From positions 471 through 64,470 of the forward strand of contig DATEOT010000052.1 in the NCBI GenBank assembly GCA_035273795.1: a DNA stretch of 64,000 bases, read 5' to 3'. The position numbers and the translations under genes are program-made. This document shows positions 7,189-16,826 of this stretch, piece by piece; the stretch's first letter is position 1, and each line of letters starts with the position of its first letter. Under the pieces are notes generated by a model. It was given only the letters and a program-made list of their open reading frames with translations, did no database searches and was not told the DNA's origin. Origin of the DNA: Solirubrobacterales bacterium. Its GTDB lineage: Bacteria; Actinomycetota; Thermoleophilia; Solirubrobacterales; 70-9.

Positions 7189-9654
7189 CGCTTTCGGTCT
7201 ACGCCGCCGCCGCGAGCGTTTCGGCTTGTCCCCGTTGGCAGCCGCCTCCGGCGCGTTGCCGTTCTCCCCCTGCCCGTCTTTGCGTTTGCGCTTGCGCCGG
7301 CGCTTGCCTTTCGGGAAGTTCTTCAGCAGCTCGCGGGCGACGGCCGACGGTTTCCGCGCCATCCGCATCCGCGCCCCGCGCAGCACCTCCTCGCCCTCGG
7401 GAGTGTGGGAGACAGCCGCCGCCAGCAGCGCCACCGCGAGGCGACGGTCCTGTTTGCGCGCGGCGTGGACGAGCCGGCGCGCGTTGCGCCCGTGCGCCCG
7501 CCCCGAGGAATTGACCAACAGGCCCAGCAGCCGCTTCGTCTCCGGCCAGCGCTGCACCGCGTACTCCTCGTGCAGTTCGCGCGTGTAGCCGGCGAGCCGC
7601 CAGACCCAGGCCTGCGCCTGGTCGCGGCGGCCGATCCGTTTGTCGATCAGCGCCTGCAGCAGCGTCTTCGTCCCCGCTCGCTTGTCCTCCCGGCTCCAGG
7701 TGCCGACGATGTCGATCGCGTCGTCGAAGGCCTCGGCGTCGCCGAGGTCGGCGATCTCGCTCAGCGCTTTCAGACGCAGCTGCGAGTTGCGGTTGCGCTG
7801 CACGCAGGTGAGCAGGAAACGGCGGCGCAGCTCCTTGGTGCGGTCGTTCTGCAGCATCGCCCGCGCCCGCCGCCACCCCTGCGTGTTGACCCGCGCCCCG
7901 GCCAGCGCCGCCCAGGCGTGCTGCTCTGGATAGTCGAGGTTCTCGACGGCGATCCGCCAGATCTCCCGTTCCAGCACCTCCATCCGCTTCTCCTCAACCT
8001 CGGAGACGGGGACGATCCGCCGCTCGACCCGTATTTTGCGCCCGCGGCCGCGGCGCACCGGGCCGACGACGATCGCGCCGCCGCGGTAGACGTCGCGGTC
8101 GAGCAGGCTGTGCAGGGTGACGATCGTCTCGTCGTGGGTCGTCGCCGGGTGGACGAAGTCGAGCACGATTCCGGACTCCTTCCCCGGCGCCCGCCTGGTG
8201 ACGCGGCCCACCCGCTGCTGGTAGATCCGCCGCGAAGCGGTCGGCGCCAGGTGCATGCAGATCGTCGCCCGCGGGCTGTTCCACCCCTCGGCCAGCAGCA
8301 TCGCGTTGCAGAGCACGTCGACGGTACCGCGCTCGAAGCCGGCGAGGATCTCAGCCAGCTCGCGCTTCGGCGTCTCCCCGGAGACCGCCTGGGCGTTGAT
8401 GCCGGCGTCGCGGAAGGCTTTGGCGACGTTCTTCGCGTGCTGGACGCCGGCGGTGTAGACGACGCCCGGGATCTTGCGGAAGCGCGAGCGGTAGAGGTCG
8501 GCGATCGCGACGTTGAAGGGCTCCTGGTCGAGCAGCGCGGCCAGCTCCTCCTGGTCGAAGTCCTGGTCGACCTCGCCTTTGCGCAGCGGCACTTTGGCGA
8601 TCGTCCGCACCCCGGGGCCGGGCGGGATCCGCAGGCAGCGCAGCGGCGCGATCACACCGCGGCGGGCGGCCTGGGCGAGGTCGAAGCGCGAGGTCTGGGT
8701 CGGGAAGAGGTCGGTGACGTGGCGGGCGATCAGCGCCCCGGTCGCGGTCATGCCGATGTAGACGGGCCCGTTCCACTGGCGGATGCAGGCGCTGGTTTTC
8801 TCGCCCAGAGCGGTGTGGGCCTCGTCGCAGATCACGACCGAGTAGGCGTCGGAGACCTTCTTGTGGTTGCGGACGAACCACTGGTAGGTCTCGACCGTCA
8901 CCGGCCCTTCGGCGTCGTCGCGACCGTCGAGCAGCGGCGGTCGCAGCCGCTCCTTGTAGCCGCGATCGGAGATCTCGCCGATGAACTGGTCGACGAGGTT
9001 GCGGCGGTGGGTGAGGATCAGCACCCCGCCGGTGCGGGTCGCCTCGATGAAGCCGACGGCGGCGACGGTCTTGCCGGCCCCGGTCGCGTGCTCGAACCAG
9101 AAGCGGCGGTCGGCGCCCGGATCCTCGGGGGCCTCCTCGACCACCTCCTCGTCCTCGTCGGCCGGCCCTTCCTCCCAGTCCTGTGGCTCCTCGTCGGGAG
9201 CCACCTCCTCGTCCTCGTCGAGCTCACCGGCGGCATCCAGGTCGCCGTCGACGGCCGAGCCGTTGCCTGCCTCGCTCCCGTTCTCCGTCGCTTCGCCGGC
9301 ACCGCCCACCTGCTGCTGGCCCATCAGCTCGGCCAGGGTCCCGGAGAGCGCGTCCACCTGGTGCGGGTTGAGTTCGGCGCCGTCGCGGAGCTTCGGCGGC
9401 TCCTCGGCGAGGAAGCGCTCCAGCCCCAGCAGCAGGGAGAAGTCGCGGCGCCACTCGATCGAGGGGTTCTCGGCCCCCTCGTCGAGCTCCTTCAGCGCTG
9501 CGTCGAGCGCGCGGCGTCGGGCGGTCCCCGGCGCCAGCGCCTCCGGCCCCTCGCCGTCGAGCAGGAAGGGCTCGTGGACGAACGCCGCCGCACGCTCGAT
9601 GTCGGCGCCTGAGGGAACTGCCGCGTCAGCGGCAACGTCGCTGGTCTTGGCCAT
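7117..9654 (-). CDS. DEAH-box SF2 helicase (type III restriction Res-subunit-like core) with acidic insert and long helical C-terminal domain
   Basis: Walker A TGAGKTV, DEAH box VICDEAH, motif III MTAT, and motif VI QQRVGRVTRR. The start is set at MAKTSD (9654) rather than the track's 9840. It has a basic KR-rich C-terminal tail. Confidence 0.85.
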   Translation of the reverse strand: MAKTSDVAADAAVPSGADIERAAAFVHEPFLLDGEGPEALAPGTARRRALDAALKELDEGAENPSIEWRRDFSLLLGLERFLAEEPPKLRDGAELNPHQVDALSGTLAELMGQQQVGGAGEATENGSEAGNGSAVDGDLDAAGELDEDEEVAPDEEPQDWEEGPADEDEEVVEEAPEDPGADRRFWFEHATGAGKTVAAVGFIEATRTGGVLILTHRRNLVDQFIGEISDRGYKERLRPPLLDGRDDAEGPVTVETYQWFVRNHKKVSDAYSVVICDEAHTALGEKTSACIRQWNGPVYIGMTATGALIARHVTDLFPTQTSRFDLAQAARRGVIAPLRCLRIPPGPGVRTIAKVPLRKGEVDQDFDQEELAALLDQEPFNVAIADLYRSRFRKIPGVVYTAGVQHAKNVAKAFRDAGINAQAVSGETPKRELAEILAGFERGTVDVLCNAMLLAEGWNSPRATICMHLAPTASRRIYQQRVGRVTRRAPGKESGIVLDFVHPATTHDETIVTLHSLLDRDVYRGGAIVVGPVRRGRGRKIRVERRIVPVSEVEEKRMEVLEREIWRIAVENLDYPEQHAWAALAGARVNTQGWRRARAMLQNDRTKELRRRFLLTCVQRNRNSQLRLKALSEIADLGDAEAFDDAIDIVGTWSREDKRAGTKTLLQALIDKRIGRRDQAQAWVWRLAGYTRELHEEYAVQRWPETKRLLGLLVNSSGRAHGRNARRLVHAARKQDRRLAVALLAAAVSHTPEGEEVLRGARMRMARKPSAVARELLKNFPKGKRRRKRKRKDGQGENGNAPEAAANGDKPKRSRRRRRPKASEAGEVDLSGSDGDPVAVGGDDD

Positions 9655-9800
9655 AGAAGGCTTCCGGGTGTCCGTCACACCGAGAGACGGCTGACGGCTG
9701 GGACAAAAGAACGAGGCTGGGGGTTCGACTGACTCCCCCCGAGGACTCCGAGCGATCCGCGAACCGCGAATCGAACACCCGTATTGTACCCATCGACCGG

Positions 9801-10379
9801 ATGGGTGCGCGAATTCGACCAATCTTGGCGCTGGCCGCATTGCTGCTCGCCGCGCTTCTCTACGGCGGCTGTGGCGGCTCCGGCGGCGAGGGCTCAGGCG
9901 GTTCCCACCCGAACTACGCGAAGGCCCTGACGGGCGCGCCGGCGCCGCTCGCCTCTCTCTACAAGCAGGCGAACGAGCTGCTCCCCGGGGGCGTCGAGGC
10001 TTACGAGAAGCGAATCACCGAGCTGCGCGGCTACCCCGTGGTGGTCAACGTCTGGGCCTCCTGGTGCGGGCCTTGCCGAGAGGAGTTCCCGGTCCTGCAA
10101 AAGCTCTCCGCCCGCTACGGAAAGGAGGTCGCGTTCCTCGGCGTCAACTCGGAAGACTCCGACGACCTCGCGGCGAATTTCCTGCGTGAAGAACCGGTTC
10201 CCTATCCGAGCTACACCGACCCCGACAAAGACATCCTCGACGCGCTCGGCGGGTACGGCGGCGTGCCCGACACCGCCTTCTACGACCGCTCCGGCGAGCT
10301 CGTCTTCCTCAAACAGGGGCCCTACGAGGAGAGCTCCGAACTGGAAGCCGACGTGCGTCGCTACGCCGTAAGCGGATAA
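9801..10379 (+). CDS. TlpA/ResA-family thiol:disulfide oxidoreductase lipoprotein
   Basis: Lipobox LLYGGC followed by the thioredoxin motif WASWCGPCREEFP. Confidence 0.8.
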   Translation: MGARIRPILALAALLLAALLYGGCGGSGGEGSGGSHPNYAKALTGAPAPLASLYKQANELLPGGVEAYEKRITELRGYPVVVNVWASWCGPCREEFPVLQKLSARYGKEVAFLGVNSEDSDDLAANFLREEPVPYPSYTDPDKDILDALGGYGGVPDTAFYDRSGELVFLKQGPYEESSELEADVRRYAVSG

Positions 10380-10386
10380 TCGACCG

Positions 10387-10866
10387 ATGGAACTGTTCGT
10401 CCTGATCGCGATCGTCGGGATCGGCCTGCTGCTGGCCGAGCTGCTGCTGCCGACGGGCGGCGTGCTCGCCGTCCTGGGGGTGGCGGGGCTGACCGTGGCG
10501 GGCGTCGTCGCCTTCGGTTCCGACAACGACGTCGCCGACTACGCCGGCGGCGGCCTGATCGCCCTCGGCATCCTCTCCGGCGCCACCTTCTACTTCGTCA
10601 GCCGCAAGGTCTGGGAGGCGCACCGCAACGACCGCGTCCGCACCGGTACCGAGGAGATGATCGGCTCCACCGCCGAGGCGCGCAGCTCGATCGACCCGGA
10701 CGGCCAGGCTTGGCTTGGAGGAACGACCTGGAGCGCCCGTCTCGCCGACGGGGCGACCCCGGCCCGGCTGGGGGATAAAGTCAGAGTGGAGGCGGTCGAG
10801 GGGCTGACGCTGGTCGTTCGCCCGGAGCCGCAGACCGCAGCGCACACGAATGAAGGAGCCGGTTGA
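10387..10866 (+). CDS. NfeD-family membrane protein
   Basis: N-terminal TM helices and a C-terminal OB-like domain ([16 protein letters not shown]). It overlaps the downstream SPFH gene, which is the classical NfeD/stomatin pairing. Confidence 0.72.
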   Translation: MELFVLIAIVGIGLLLAELLLPTGGVLAVLGVAGLTVAGVVAFGSDNDVADYAGGGLIALGILSGATFYFVSRKVWEAHRNDRVRTGTEEMIGSTAEARSSIDPDGQAWLGGTTWSARLADGATPARLGDKVRVEAVEGLTLVVRPEPQTAAHTNEGAG

Positions 10867-11726
10867 TGGAGGCTGTCGCAGGAATTTTCATCGTCCTCGC
10901 GTTCTTCGCGTTGATCGCGGTGGGAGCCTCGGTCCGGATCCTGCGCGAGTACGAGCGCGGCGTGATCTTCCGCCTCGGCCGACTGATCGCCCAGAAGGGG
11001 CCGGGCCTGATCCTGCTGATCCCGGTGGTCGACCGGATGGTCAAGGTCGACCTGCGCACGGTCACGATGAACATCCCGCCGCAGGAGGTGATCACCCGCG
11101 ACAACGTCCCCTGCCGCGTCAACGCCGTCGCCTACTTCCGCGTCATCGACTCCAACCGGGCCGTGGTCGAGGTCGAGAACTATCTGATCGCCACCTCGCA
11201 GATCTCGCAGACGGCGCTGCGCTCCGTGCTCGGCAAGGCCGAGCTCGACCAGCTGCTGGCCGACCGCGAGCGCCTCAACGAAGAGCTGCAGAAGATCATC
11301 GACGAGTCGACCGAGCCCTGGGGCATCAAGGTCACCGCGGTCGAGATCAAGGACGTCGAGATCCCCGAGCAGATGCAGCGGGCGATGGCGCGCCAGGCCG
11401 AGGCCGAGCGCGAGCGGCGGGCGAAGATCATCAACTCCGAGGGGGAGTTCCAGGCCGCGCAGAAGCTCACCGACGCCGCCGACATCATCAGCACCAACCC
11501 CGCCTCGCTGCAGCTGCGCTACCTGCAGACGCTGCTGGAAATCGGCAGCAACCAGAACACCACCGTCGTCTTCCCGCTGCCGATGGACGTGCTCGAGCCG
11601 TTCATCGGCAAAGGCTCGGCGGAGCGGGCCAGGGGCACCGAGCGGCCGCCTCGTCCACAGGCCCCGCCGGAGCCGCCGCCTATCGACGAGCCCGACCCGA
11701 ACGACCTTCCCCCCTCCCGCTCCTGA
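10863..11726 (+). CDS. SPFH/band-7 (stomatin-like) protein
   Basis: [18 protein letters not shown] and [18 protein letters not shown] are typical of the stomatin/SPFH domain. A coiled-coil follows ([15 protein letters not shown]). Confidence 0.9.
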   Translation: MMEAVAGIFIVLAFFALIAVGASVRILREYERGVIFRLGRLIAQKGPGLILLIPVVDRMVKVDLRTVTMNIPPQEVITRDNVPCRVNAVAYFRVIDSNRAVVEVENYLIATSQISQTALRSVLGKAELDQLLADRERLNEELQKIIDESTEPWGIKVTAVEIKDVEIPEQMQRAMARQAEAERERRAKIINSEGEFQAAQKLTDAADIISTNPASLQLRYLQTLLEIGSNQNTTVVFPLPMDVLEPFIGKGSAERARGTERPPRPQAPPEPPPIDEPDPNDLPPSRS

Positions 11727-12769
11727 GCTCGCCGGAGACCCGCATCGACCAGCTGACCGGGCTGAGGACGATCCTCGCCCCGGGCCGGGCCGCGCGCCCG
11801 GACAGCTTCTCGGCGCGGGCGACCGAGCCGAAGGGGCCGGACAACTGCCCTTTCTGCGAGGGCCGCGAGGAGCGGACGCCGCCGGAGCTCTACGCGCTGC
11901 GGCCCGGCGGAGGCGATCCCGACACCCCCGGCTGGACCACCCGGGTCGTGCCGAACCTCTACCCGGCGCTCGGCGGCGAGGCGGCCGTCGGGGAGGGGGA
12001 ACCAGCAGCGGAAGCCGGATCGTTCGCCAGCAGCGGCGACCCGCTGCTGGCCTCCAAACGAGCCGGGGAACCCGACCTCTTCTCCTCGCGTCCGGCCGAG
12101 GGGGCGCACGAGGTGCTGATCAACTCACCCGCGCACCTGACGGCGATGGCCGAGCTCGACGACAGCCAGTTCGCGGCCGCCGTCGCCACCTGGCGCGAGC
12201 GGATGCGCGTCCACTCCGAGGCCTCCTACCTGCAGCTGATCGTCAACGAGGGCGGCGGTGCCGGCGCCTCCCTCGAGCACACCCACGCCCAGCTCTACGC
12301 GCTGCCCTTCGTCCCCGCGGCGGTCGCCCGCGAGCGCGAGCGGGTCGGTGCCTACGGCGAACGCACCGCCGGCGGCGGGCTGCTCAGCGACGTCCTCGTC
12401 GAGGAGGTGCGCCGGCGCGACCGCCTCGTCGCGATCGACGACGAGGCGGCGCTGATCTGCCCCTGGGCCTCGCGCTCTCCGTTCGAGCTGCGGGTGATCC
12501 CCCGGCGCGAAACCGCCCGCTTCGAGGAGGACGAGGGCGGCGCGGCGATGATCCGCACCGCGATGCGGGCGCTCGCCCAGCTCTTCGGCGGGCCGCCGGA
12601 GCTGAACCTCTGGGTCCGCACCGCCCCGCGCGGCGCCGACCAGTTCCACTGGCACGTCGACATCGCCCCCCGGCTGACGATCAAGGCTGGCTTCGAGCTC
12701 GGCACCGGCGTCGACATCAACGTCTACCCGCCGGAGCAAGCGGCGTCGGACCTGCGCGAGTGCCTCTGA
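11723..12769 (+). CDS. galT: Galactose-1-phosphate uridylyltransferase-like HIT-superfamily nucleotidyltransferase
   Basis: Zn motif CPFCEGRE and active-site HTHAQLYA (HxH). No in-frame ATG lies near the conserved N-terminus, so a non-ATG start around 11723 (CTG) is assumed. The 5' end is uncertain. Confidence 0.72.
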   Translation: MSSPETRIDQLTGLRTILAPGRAARPDSFSARATEPKGPDNCPFCEGREERTPPELYALRPGGGDPDTPGWTTRVVPNLYPALGGEAAVGEGEPAAEAGSFASSGDPLLASKRAGEPDLFSSRPAEGAHEVLINSPAHLTAMAELDDSQFAAAVATWRERMRVHSEASYLQLIVNEGGGAGASLEHTHAQLYALPFVPAAVARERERVGAYGERTAGGGLLSDVLVEEVRRRDRLVAIDDEAALICPWASRSPFELRVIPRRETARFEEDEGGAAMIRTAMRALAQLFGGPPELNLWVRTAPRGADQFHWHVDIAPRLTIKAGFELGTGVDINVYPPEQAASDLRECL

Positions 12770-12792
12770 GGCCCCAGGGCGCCGCGCAGTAC

Positions 12793-12850
12793 TGCGTCCT
12801 CGGTCGCTCGCGTGCAGAGCACGCCACGCTCCCTGCGTCCTTGTCCTGCT
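12793..12850. repeat. About 58-bp intergenic repeat, copy 2 (inverted relative to 3990..4048)
   Basis: The reverse complement reads agcaggacaaggacgcagggagcgtggcgtgctctgcacgcgagcgaccgaggacgcag, which differs from copy 1 by only a few substitutions. Confidence 0.7.
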
Positions 12851-12879
12851 TGGCCCTGGACCCTCAGTAGGGTGAGCGC

Positions 12880-13506
12880 GTGACGCCGAACCCGCGGCCG
12901 ATTCCTCGCTTCATCGCCGACACCACGCAGGAGGGGATCCCGCACGGTCGCTTCACCGAGCGCCTGCGCGGGGAGTTCGCGAAAGCGTGCGGCGCCGTCG
13001 AGGAGCTGCCGGCAGGCGTCGAGGTGCCCGCCGAGGTCGATTGGTTTCCCGAGCGCGCCTGGGGCGGCCGGGTCTGGATTCCCTGCTCAGCCCAGACGGA
13101 GAGCGAGGAGGGGCGACTGGAGCTGTTCGGCCACGTCTCCTACGTCCAGCCGCCACAAGGAGAGCCACGGGACTTCGCCGCCAAGGCAGACTTCACCGAC
13201 GTCCTCGCCGCCGACAACCCGGAGTGGCGGATCGACCTCAACGACGACGTGATCGGCCGCTGGCGGGGCGAGAACGGGCGCGCCGGCGCCGTCACCCTCG
13301 TCTGGGGGCGCCCCCTGGTCCGCGACGCCGTCGCCGCCACCGCCGAGCTCGACGGCGAGACCGTCGACCAGGAGGTCGTCTCCCAGGATCGCTTCACCTT
13401 GATCGCCCTCGACGCGCTCGAGGGCTACGGAGACGACGTGTTCATGGAAGTGAAGCTCTGGAGCCGCCGGGCGACGGAGCTGGCTTCCGAGACGCTCTAC
13501 GCCTGA
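12880..13506 (+). CDS. Hypothetical protein
   Basis: 208-aa ORF with protein-like composition. I recognise no family. Confidence 0.45.
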   Translation: MTPNPRPIPRFIADTTQEGIPHGRFTERLRGEFAKACGAVEELPAGVEVPAEVDWFPERAWGGRVWIPCSAQTESEEGRLELFGHVSYVQPPQGEPRDFAAKADFTDVLAADNPEWRIDLNDDVIGRWRGENGRAGAVTLVWGRPLVRDAVAATAELDGETVDQEVVSQDRFTLIALDALEGYGDDVFMEVKLWSRRATELASETLYA

Positions 13507-13895
13507 CCGAGCACCTCGACCGGGACGTTCACGCCCGTCCTCGCCAGCCGCGCGTCGAAGGTGAGCAGGGGCTCGCCGAGCATCAAGGCCAGGGCGATGT
13601 AGAGCCCGTCGTAGAAGCTGAAGTTGTCACGCAGGTCCCAGGCCACGTGCACCAGCAGTTCGTGCTTCACCCGTTCGATCGGCAGCTTGTCGACCTCCCA
13701 CAGCGCTTCGCCCGCGGCTTCGGGGTCCATCCACCCTCGCTGAACGTGGCGCCGCAGCGCGTGGCCGATCTCGGCGTCTATGAGGTGCGGGGCCCAGAGC
13801 GTGTGTTCTTCGGCCTCCAGCCGCTCGTCGACCAGTTCCGCGTGCTCGCGTTCAGCGAGGGACTCGATCAAGACCGAGGCATCGACGACCGGCAT
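13497..13895 (-). CDS. vapC: PIN-domain toxin VapC
   Basis: N-terminal VVDASVLIE with acidic residues spaced as in PIN domains. It overlaps the upstream antitoxin gene by 1 nt. Confidence 0.82.
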   Translation of the reverse strand: MPVVDASVLIESLAEREHAELVDERLEAEEHTLWAPHLIDAEIGHALRRHVQRGWMDPEAAGEALWEVDKLPIERVKHELLVHVAWDLRDNFSFYDGLYIALALMLGEPLLTFDARLARTGVNVPVEVLGQA

Positions 13896-14128
13896 CAGTC
13901 ACCGCGCATTTCGCGAATCGTGTCGACGTTCTGCTGCGTGGTGAAGGTTGCTTTGGCCCCCCGCCCATTACGTCTGGCCGCGATCTCGGCGATGGTTGAC
14001 TTACGGCTGCGCCGGCTGAGCTCTCGCTTGATGTAGTCGGACATGCTCATCCCGGCCGCCGCCGCCCGCATCTTCAATTCCCGGTGCAGGTCGTCGGGCA
14101 CGTTTCTGATCTGAATCATCTTCGACAT
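13895..14128 (-). CDS. vapB: Ribbon-helix-helix antitoxin (VapB/FitA-like)
   Basis: MSKMIQIRNVPDDLHRELKMRAAAAGMSMSDYIKREL is a typical RHH antitoxin N-terminus. The track's longer 5' extension (to 14254) was not used. Confidence 0.7.
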   Translation of the reverse strand: MSKMIQIRNVPDDLHRELKMRAAAAGMSMSDYIKRELSRRSRKSTIAEIAARRNGRGAKATFTTQQNVDTIREMRGD

Positions 14129-14275
14129 GTGCACCACATTAGACCGTGCGGCGGACATGTTCACTACCTCTGCAGTTCTCATGCAAGCGATCCTGCCGCC
14201 TCGGGTCTCGCCCGTGGCGCGCATTCCGTGCCAACTTCGACAACCTTTTGCCAACTAAGCGAGAATTCAGTCCCG

Positions 14276-14349
14276 GCCCCGATAGCTCAGCTGGATAGAG
14301 CGATCCCCTCCTAAGGGATAGGCCGCTGGTTCGAATCCAGCTCGGGGCA
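14276..14349 (+). tRNA. tRNA-Arg (anticodon CCT)
   Basis: Manual cloverleaf fold: acceptor GCCCCGA/TCGGGGC, D arm GCTC..GAGC, anticodon stem ATCCC/GGGAT with loop CTCCTAA, T arm GCTGG TTCGAAT CCAGC, discriminator A. No CCA is encoded. Confidence 0.9.
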
Positions 14350-14422
14350 TCTCGCTGCAGGCTTTCGTCCGCCGACCTGCAACTTTTGACCTCCAGCCTT
14401 GCTTGTACCGAAAGTGCAGACC

Positions 14423-16171
14423 GTGACCGATCGCCGCCGCAGCTCGATGCCGCTCCTCCTGGCCCTCGTGGCAGCGCTGCTCGTCTTCAGCGGCCTCGCC
14501 TCGTCCGCCAGCGCCGCAACCCGATCGGTCCATTTCGACGGCCACACCTTGCAGGTGCCGGCAGCCTGGCCGGTCTTCCGGCTGAGCGAGCATCCCCGGA
14601 TGTGCGCGCGCCTCGACCGGCGGGCGGTCTACCTCGGCTCCCCCTCCTCGCAGCAGCGCTGCCCGGCCGGGGCGATGGGGCGCCGGCGGGCGATCCTGGT
14701 CGAACCCGACCGCGGTGCCGCCGCCTCTGCCCTCCGCGCCGCGCCGCGCCGCGCCACCAGCTCGGCCGGAGGCACCATTTTCACGGGCCTTGGCTTCGAC
14801 GCCTGCACCGCGCCCTCGTCGCGATCGATGGCGGCGTGGGGAAGCTCTCCCTACCGGACGGTCGGCGTCTACATCGGCGGCCTCAACCGCGCCTGCTCGC
14901 AGCCGAACCTGACGGCGACCTGGGTCGCGGCGCAGACCGAAGCCGGCTGGCACCTGATTCCGACCTACGTCGGCCTCCAGGCACCGACCAGCGTCTGCTC
15001 CAGCTGCGCGAAGCTGAGCGCCAGCCAGGCCACCGCCCAGGGGGCCGCGGAGGCCGAAGACGCGGTCGAGGAAGCGGCGGTCCTCGGCATGGGGCCGGGC
15101 AGCCCGATCTACAACGACATGGAGGCCTACACGCAGACCTCCAGTGCCACCGGCGCCACGCTCGCCTACCTCGAGGCCTGGACGCAGAAGCTGCACGAGC
15201 TCGGCTATCTCTCCGGCGTCTACAGCAGCAGCGCCTCCGGGATCGAGGATCTCGCCCGCCAGATCGGCAGCGGCTACGAACTTCCCGACGCGCTCTGGAT
15301 CGCCAACTGGAACGGGCAGCAGAACACCGCCGACCCGGCCGTGCCCGCCAGCGCCTGGGCGCAGCACCAGCGCATCCATCAGTACCGGGGCGGCCACAAC
15401 GAGACCTGGGGCGGTGTCGCGATCAACATCGACAACAACTACGTCGACGGACCGACGGTGGGGTCGGCCACCCTCGTCAGCGGCGACAACCCCGTCGGCT
15501 ACCTGGACCTCGCCACCTCACCGACGCCAGGGCAGGTGCGGGTCAAAGGCTGGGCCTTCGACCCCAACGCTCCGACCGCGCCGCTGGCGGTCCGCCTCAC
15601 CGTCGGCGGCAAGAGCGGCGACCCCGGCGCCTCCACCCACGAGCTCGGCGCCGTCGCGACGCGCTCGCGCCTGGACGTCGCTCAGCAGTTCCCCGAAGCT
15701 GGCGCCCGCCACGGCTTCGACCACACCGTGGCGGTCGTCAAGTCCGGCCGGCAGCGGATCTGCGCCTACGCCGTCGACCTCGATCCGGGGGAAGACCGCC
15801 TGCTCGGGTGCAAGATGACGACCGTCGCCGTCCCCCTCAGGCTCTCCCTGCTGAAGGCCGCCGGCAAGCAGGTTCGCGTGCGCGTCGCCTGCCTCTGGCC
15901 GGCGGGAGTCGAGTGCCCGGGGCAGATCGTCCTGCGGAGCCGCTTCCGAGTGCCCATCGCCAGCCGCGGCCGCGGGCCGCGGACCCGGCCGGTCAGCCGC
16001 GTGGTGGGACGCAGCGCCTTCCGCCTCACCGGCGGTGGCGCCCAGACCTTCCGCGTCCCGCTCAGCGGCACCGGACGCAAGCTGCTGCGCCAGCGTGGCC
16101 CGCTGAAGACGCACGTGGTGGTGGCGATCCCCGGCGGCCGGCGCATCGCCGTGCTCGAGATCCGCGGCTGA
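14423..16171 (+). CDS. Secreted DUF1906 (Rv2525c-like glycoside-hydrolase-like) domain protein with C-terminal beta-rich domains
   Basis: A GTG start at 14423 gives MTDRRRSSMPLLLALVAALLVFSGLASSASA. The segment GLGFDACTAPS...VGVYIGG...GWHLIPTYVG resembles the DUF1906 family. The exact start is uncertain (the track gives 14399). Confidence 0.7.
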   Translation: MTDRRRSSMPLLLALVAALLVFSGLASSASAATRSVHFDGHTLQVPAAWPVFRLSEHPRMCARLDRRAVYLGSPSSQQRCPAGAMGRRRAILVEPDRGAAASALRAAPRRATSSAGGTIFTGLGFDACTAPSSRSMAAWGSSPYRTVGVYIGGLNRACSQPNLTATWVAAQTEAGWHLIPTYVGLQAPTSVCSSCAKLSASQATAQGAAEAEDAVEEAAVLGMGPGSPIYNDMEAYTQTSSATGATLAYLEAWTQKLHELGYLSGVYSSSASGIEDLARQIGSGYELPDALWIANWNGQQNTADPAVPASAWAQHQRIHQYRGGHNETWGGVAINIDNNYVDGPTVGSATLVSGDNPVGYLDLATSPTPGQVRVKGWAFDPNAPTAPLAVRLTVGGKSGDPGASTHELGAVATRSRLDVAQQFPEAGARHGFDHTVAVVKSGRQRICAYAVDLDPGEDRLLGCKMTTVAVPLRLSLLKAAGKQVRVRVACLWPAGVECPGQIVLRSRFRVPIASRGRGPRTRPVSRVVGRSAFRLTGGGAQTFRVPLSGTGRKLLRQRGPLKTHVVVAIPGGRRIAVLEIRG

Positions 16172-16174
16172 GGG

Positions 16175-16822
16175 TCACTCCTCTCCCAGCGACTCGCGCA
16201 ACCGGGCGAGCTCCGCCCGCAGGTCGGATAGCTCCCGCTCGATCCGATCCAGCCGGTCCTCATCGGGCGAACTGGGTGGCGTCGCCGCAGCGACCGGGCT
16301 CGCCTCCTCGGCGGCGGCCGCAAGTTCCTCGTGCTCGCCGGCCCCACCCAGCAACTGCTCGTAGCGATCCTCCTTCTGGCCCGGCCGTCGCGAGTGGCGG
16401 ACGACCAGCTCCCGTTCGAGCAGACGCCCGAGCGTCTCCTGCACCGCCCCCAGGTCCGGGAAGGAGCACAGCCGCTCGGCACGCTGCTTCAGCTCGCCCG
16501 GCGTCTGCGGCCCTCGCAGCATCAGCACGGTCAGCAGCGCCAGCTCTCCGTCGGAGACGCCAAGCGCCTCCGGGAGGAGGTGCCTGTACTTGCGGGCGCG
16601 GCTGCCCGCTCCGCTCGTGAGCCTGGTCCAGCCGCGGAGCGCGAGGCGGCGCAGGGCATCGCTGACCGTCGCCTCGTCATATTCGACGACCGGATCGCGG
16701 TTGGTCGACTGGTTGCAGGCGAGGCGGAGGGCGTTGAGCGAGAGCGGGTAGGCGTCCGGCGTCGTCCGCTGCTTCTCGACCAGACAGCCGACCACCCGGA
16801 TCTCGACCGCGTCCGGCTCCAT
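16175..16822 (-). CDS. YceH-like (DUF480/UPF0502) protein
   Basis: MEPDAVEIRVVGCLVEKQRTTPDAYPLSLNALRLACNQSTNRDPV matches the YceH family N-terminus. It has a C-terminal coiled coil. The start is trimmed to 16822. Confidence 0.75.
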   Translation of the reverse strand: MEPDAVEIRVVGCLVEKQRTTPDAYPLSLNALRLACNQSTNRDPVVEYDEATVSDALRRLALRGWTRLTSGAGSRARKYRHLLPEALGVSDGELALLTVLMLRGPQTPGELKQRAERLCSFPDLGAVQETLGRLLERELVVRHSRRPGQKEDRYEQLLGGAGEHEELAAAAEEASPVAAATPPSSPDEDRLDRIERELSDLRAELARLRESLGEE

Positions 16823-16826
16823 CGGC

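Noticed and set aside
7405-9612. 735-aa plus-strand ORF opposite the helicase gene, together with 7199..7876 and 8351..8881
   Set aside because: The minus-strand frame carries all the SF2 helicase motifs. The plus-strand product has no motifs and an extreme R/P/G/A/L composition.
10850-11722. N-terminal 290 codons of the 639-aa ORF that ends as galT
   Set aside because: This part is out of frame over the SPFH gene, which has strong family motifs. Only the portion after 11723 resembles GalT.
14350-16171. Possible integrated mobile element at the 3' side of tRNA-Arg
   Set aside because: No integrase, recombinase, phage gene or duplicated tRNA 3' segment is visible downstream. GC and coding style match the core genome.
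14386-16620. 744-aa plus-strand ORF, and the 376-aa minus-strand ORF 14267..15397 that overlaps the tRNA
   Set aside because: These are off-frame or antisense to the DUF1906 gene, which has a proper signal peptide. Their products are Arg/Pro-rich, and one runs through the tRNA-Arg gene.
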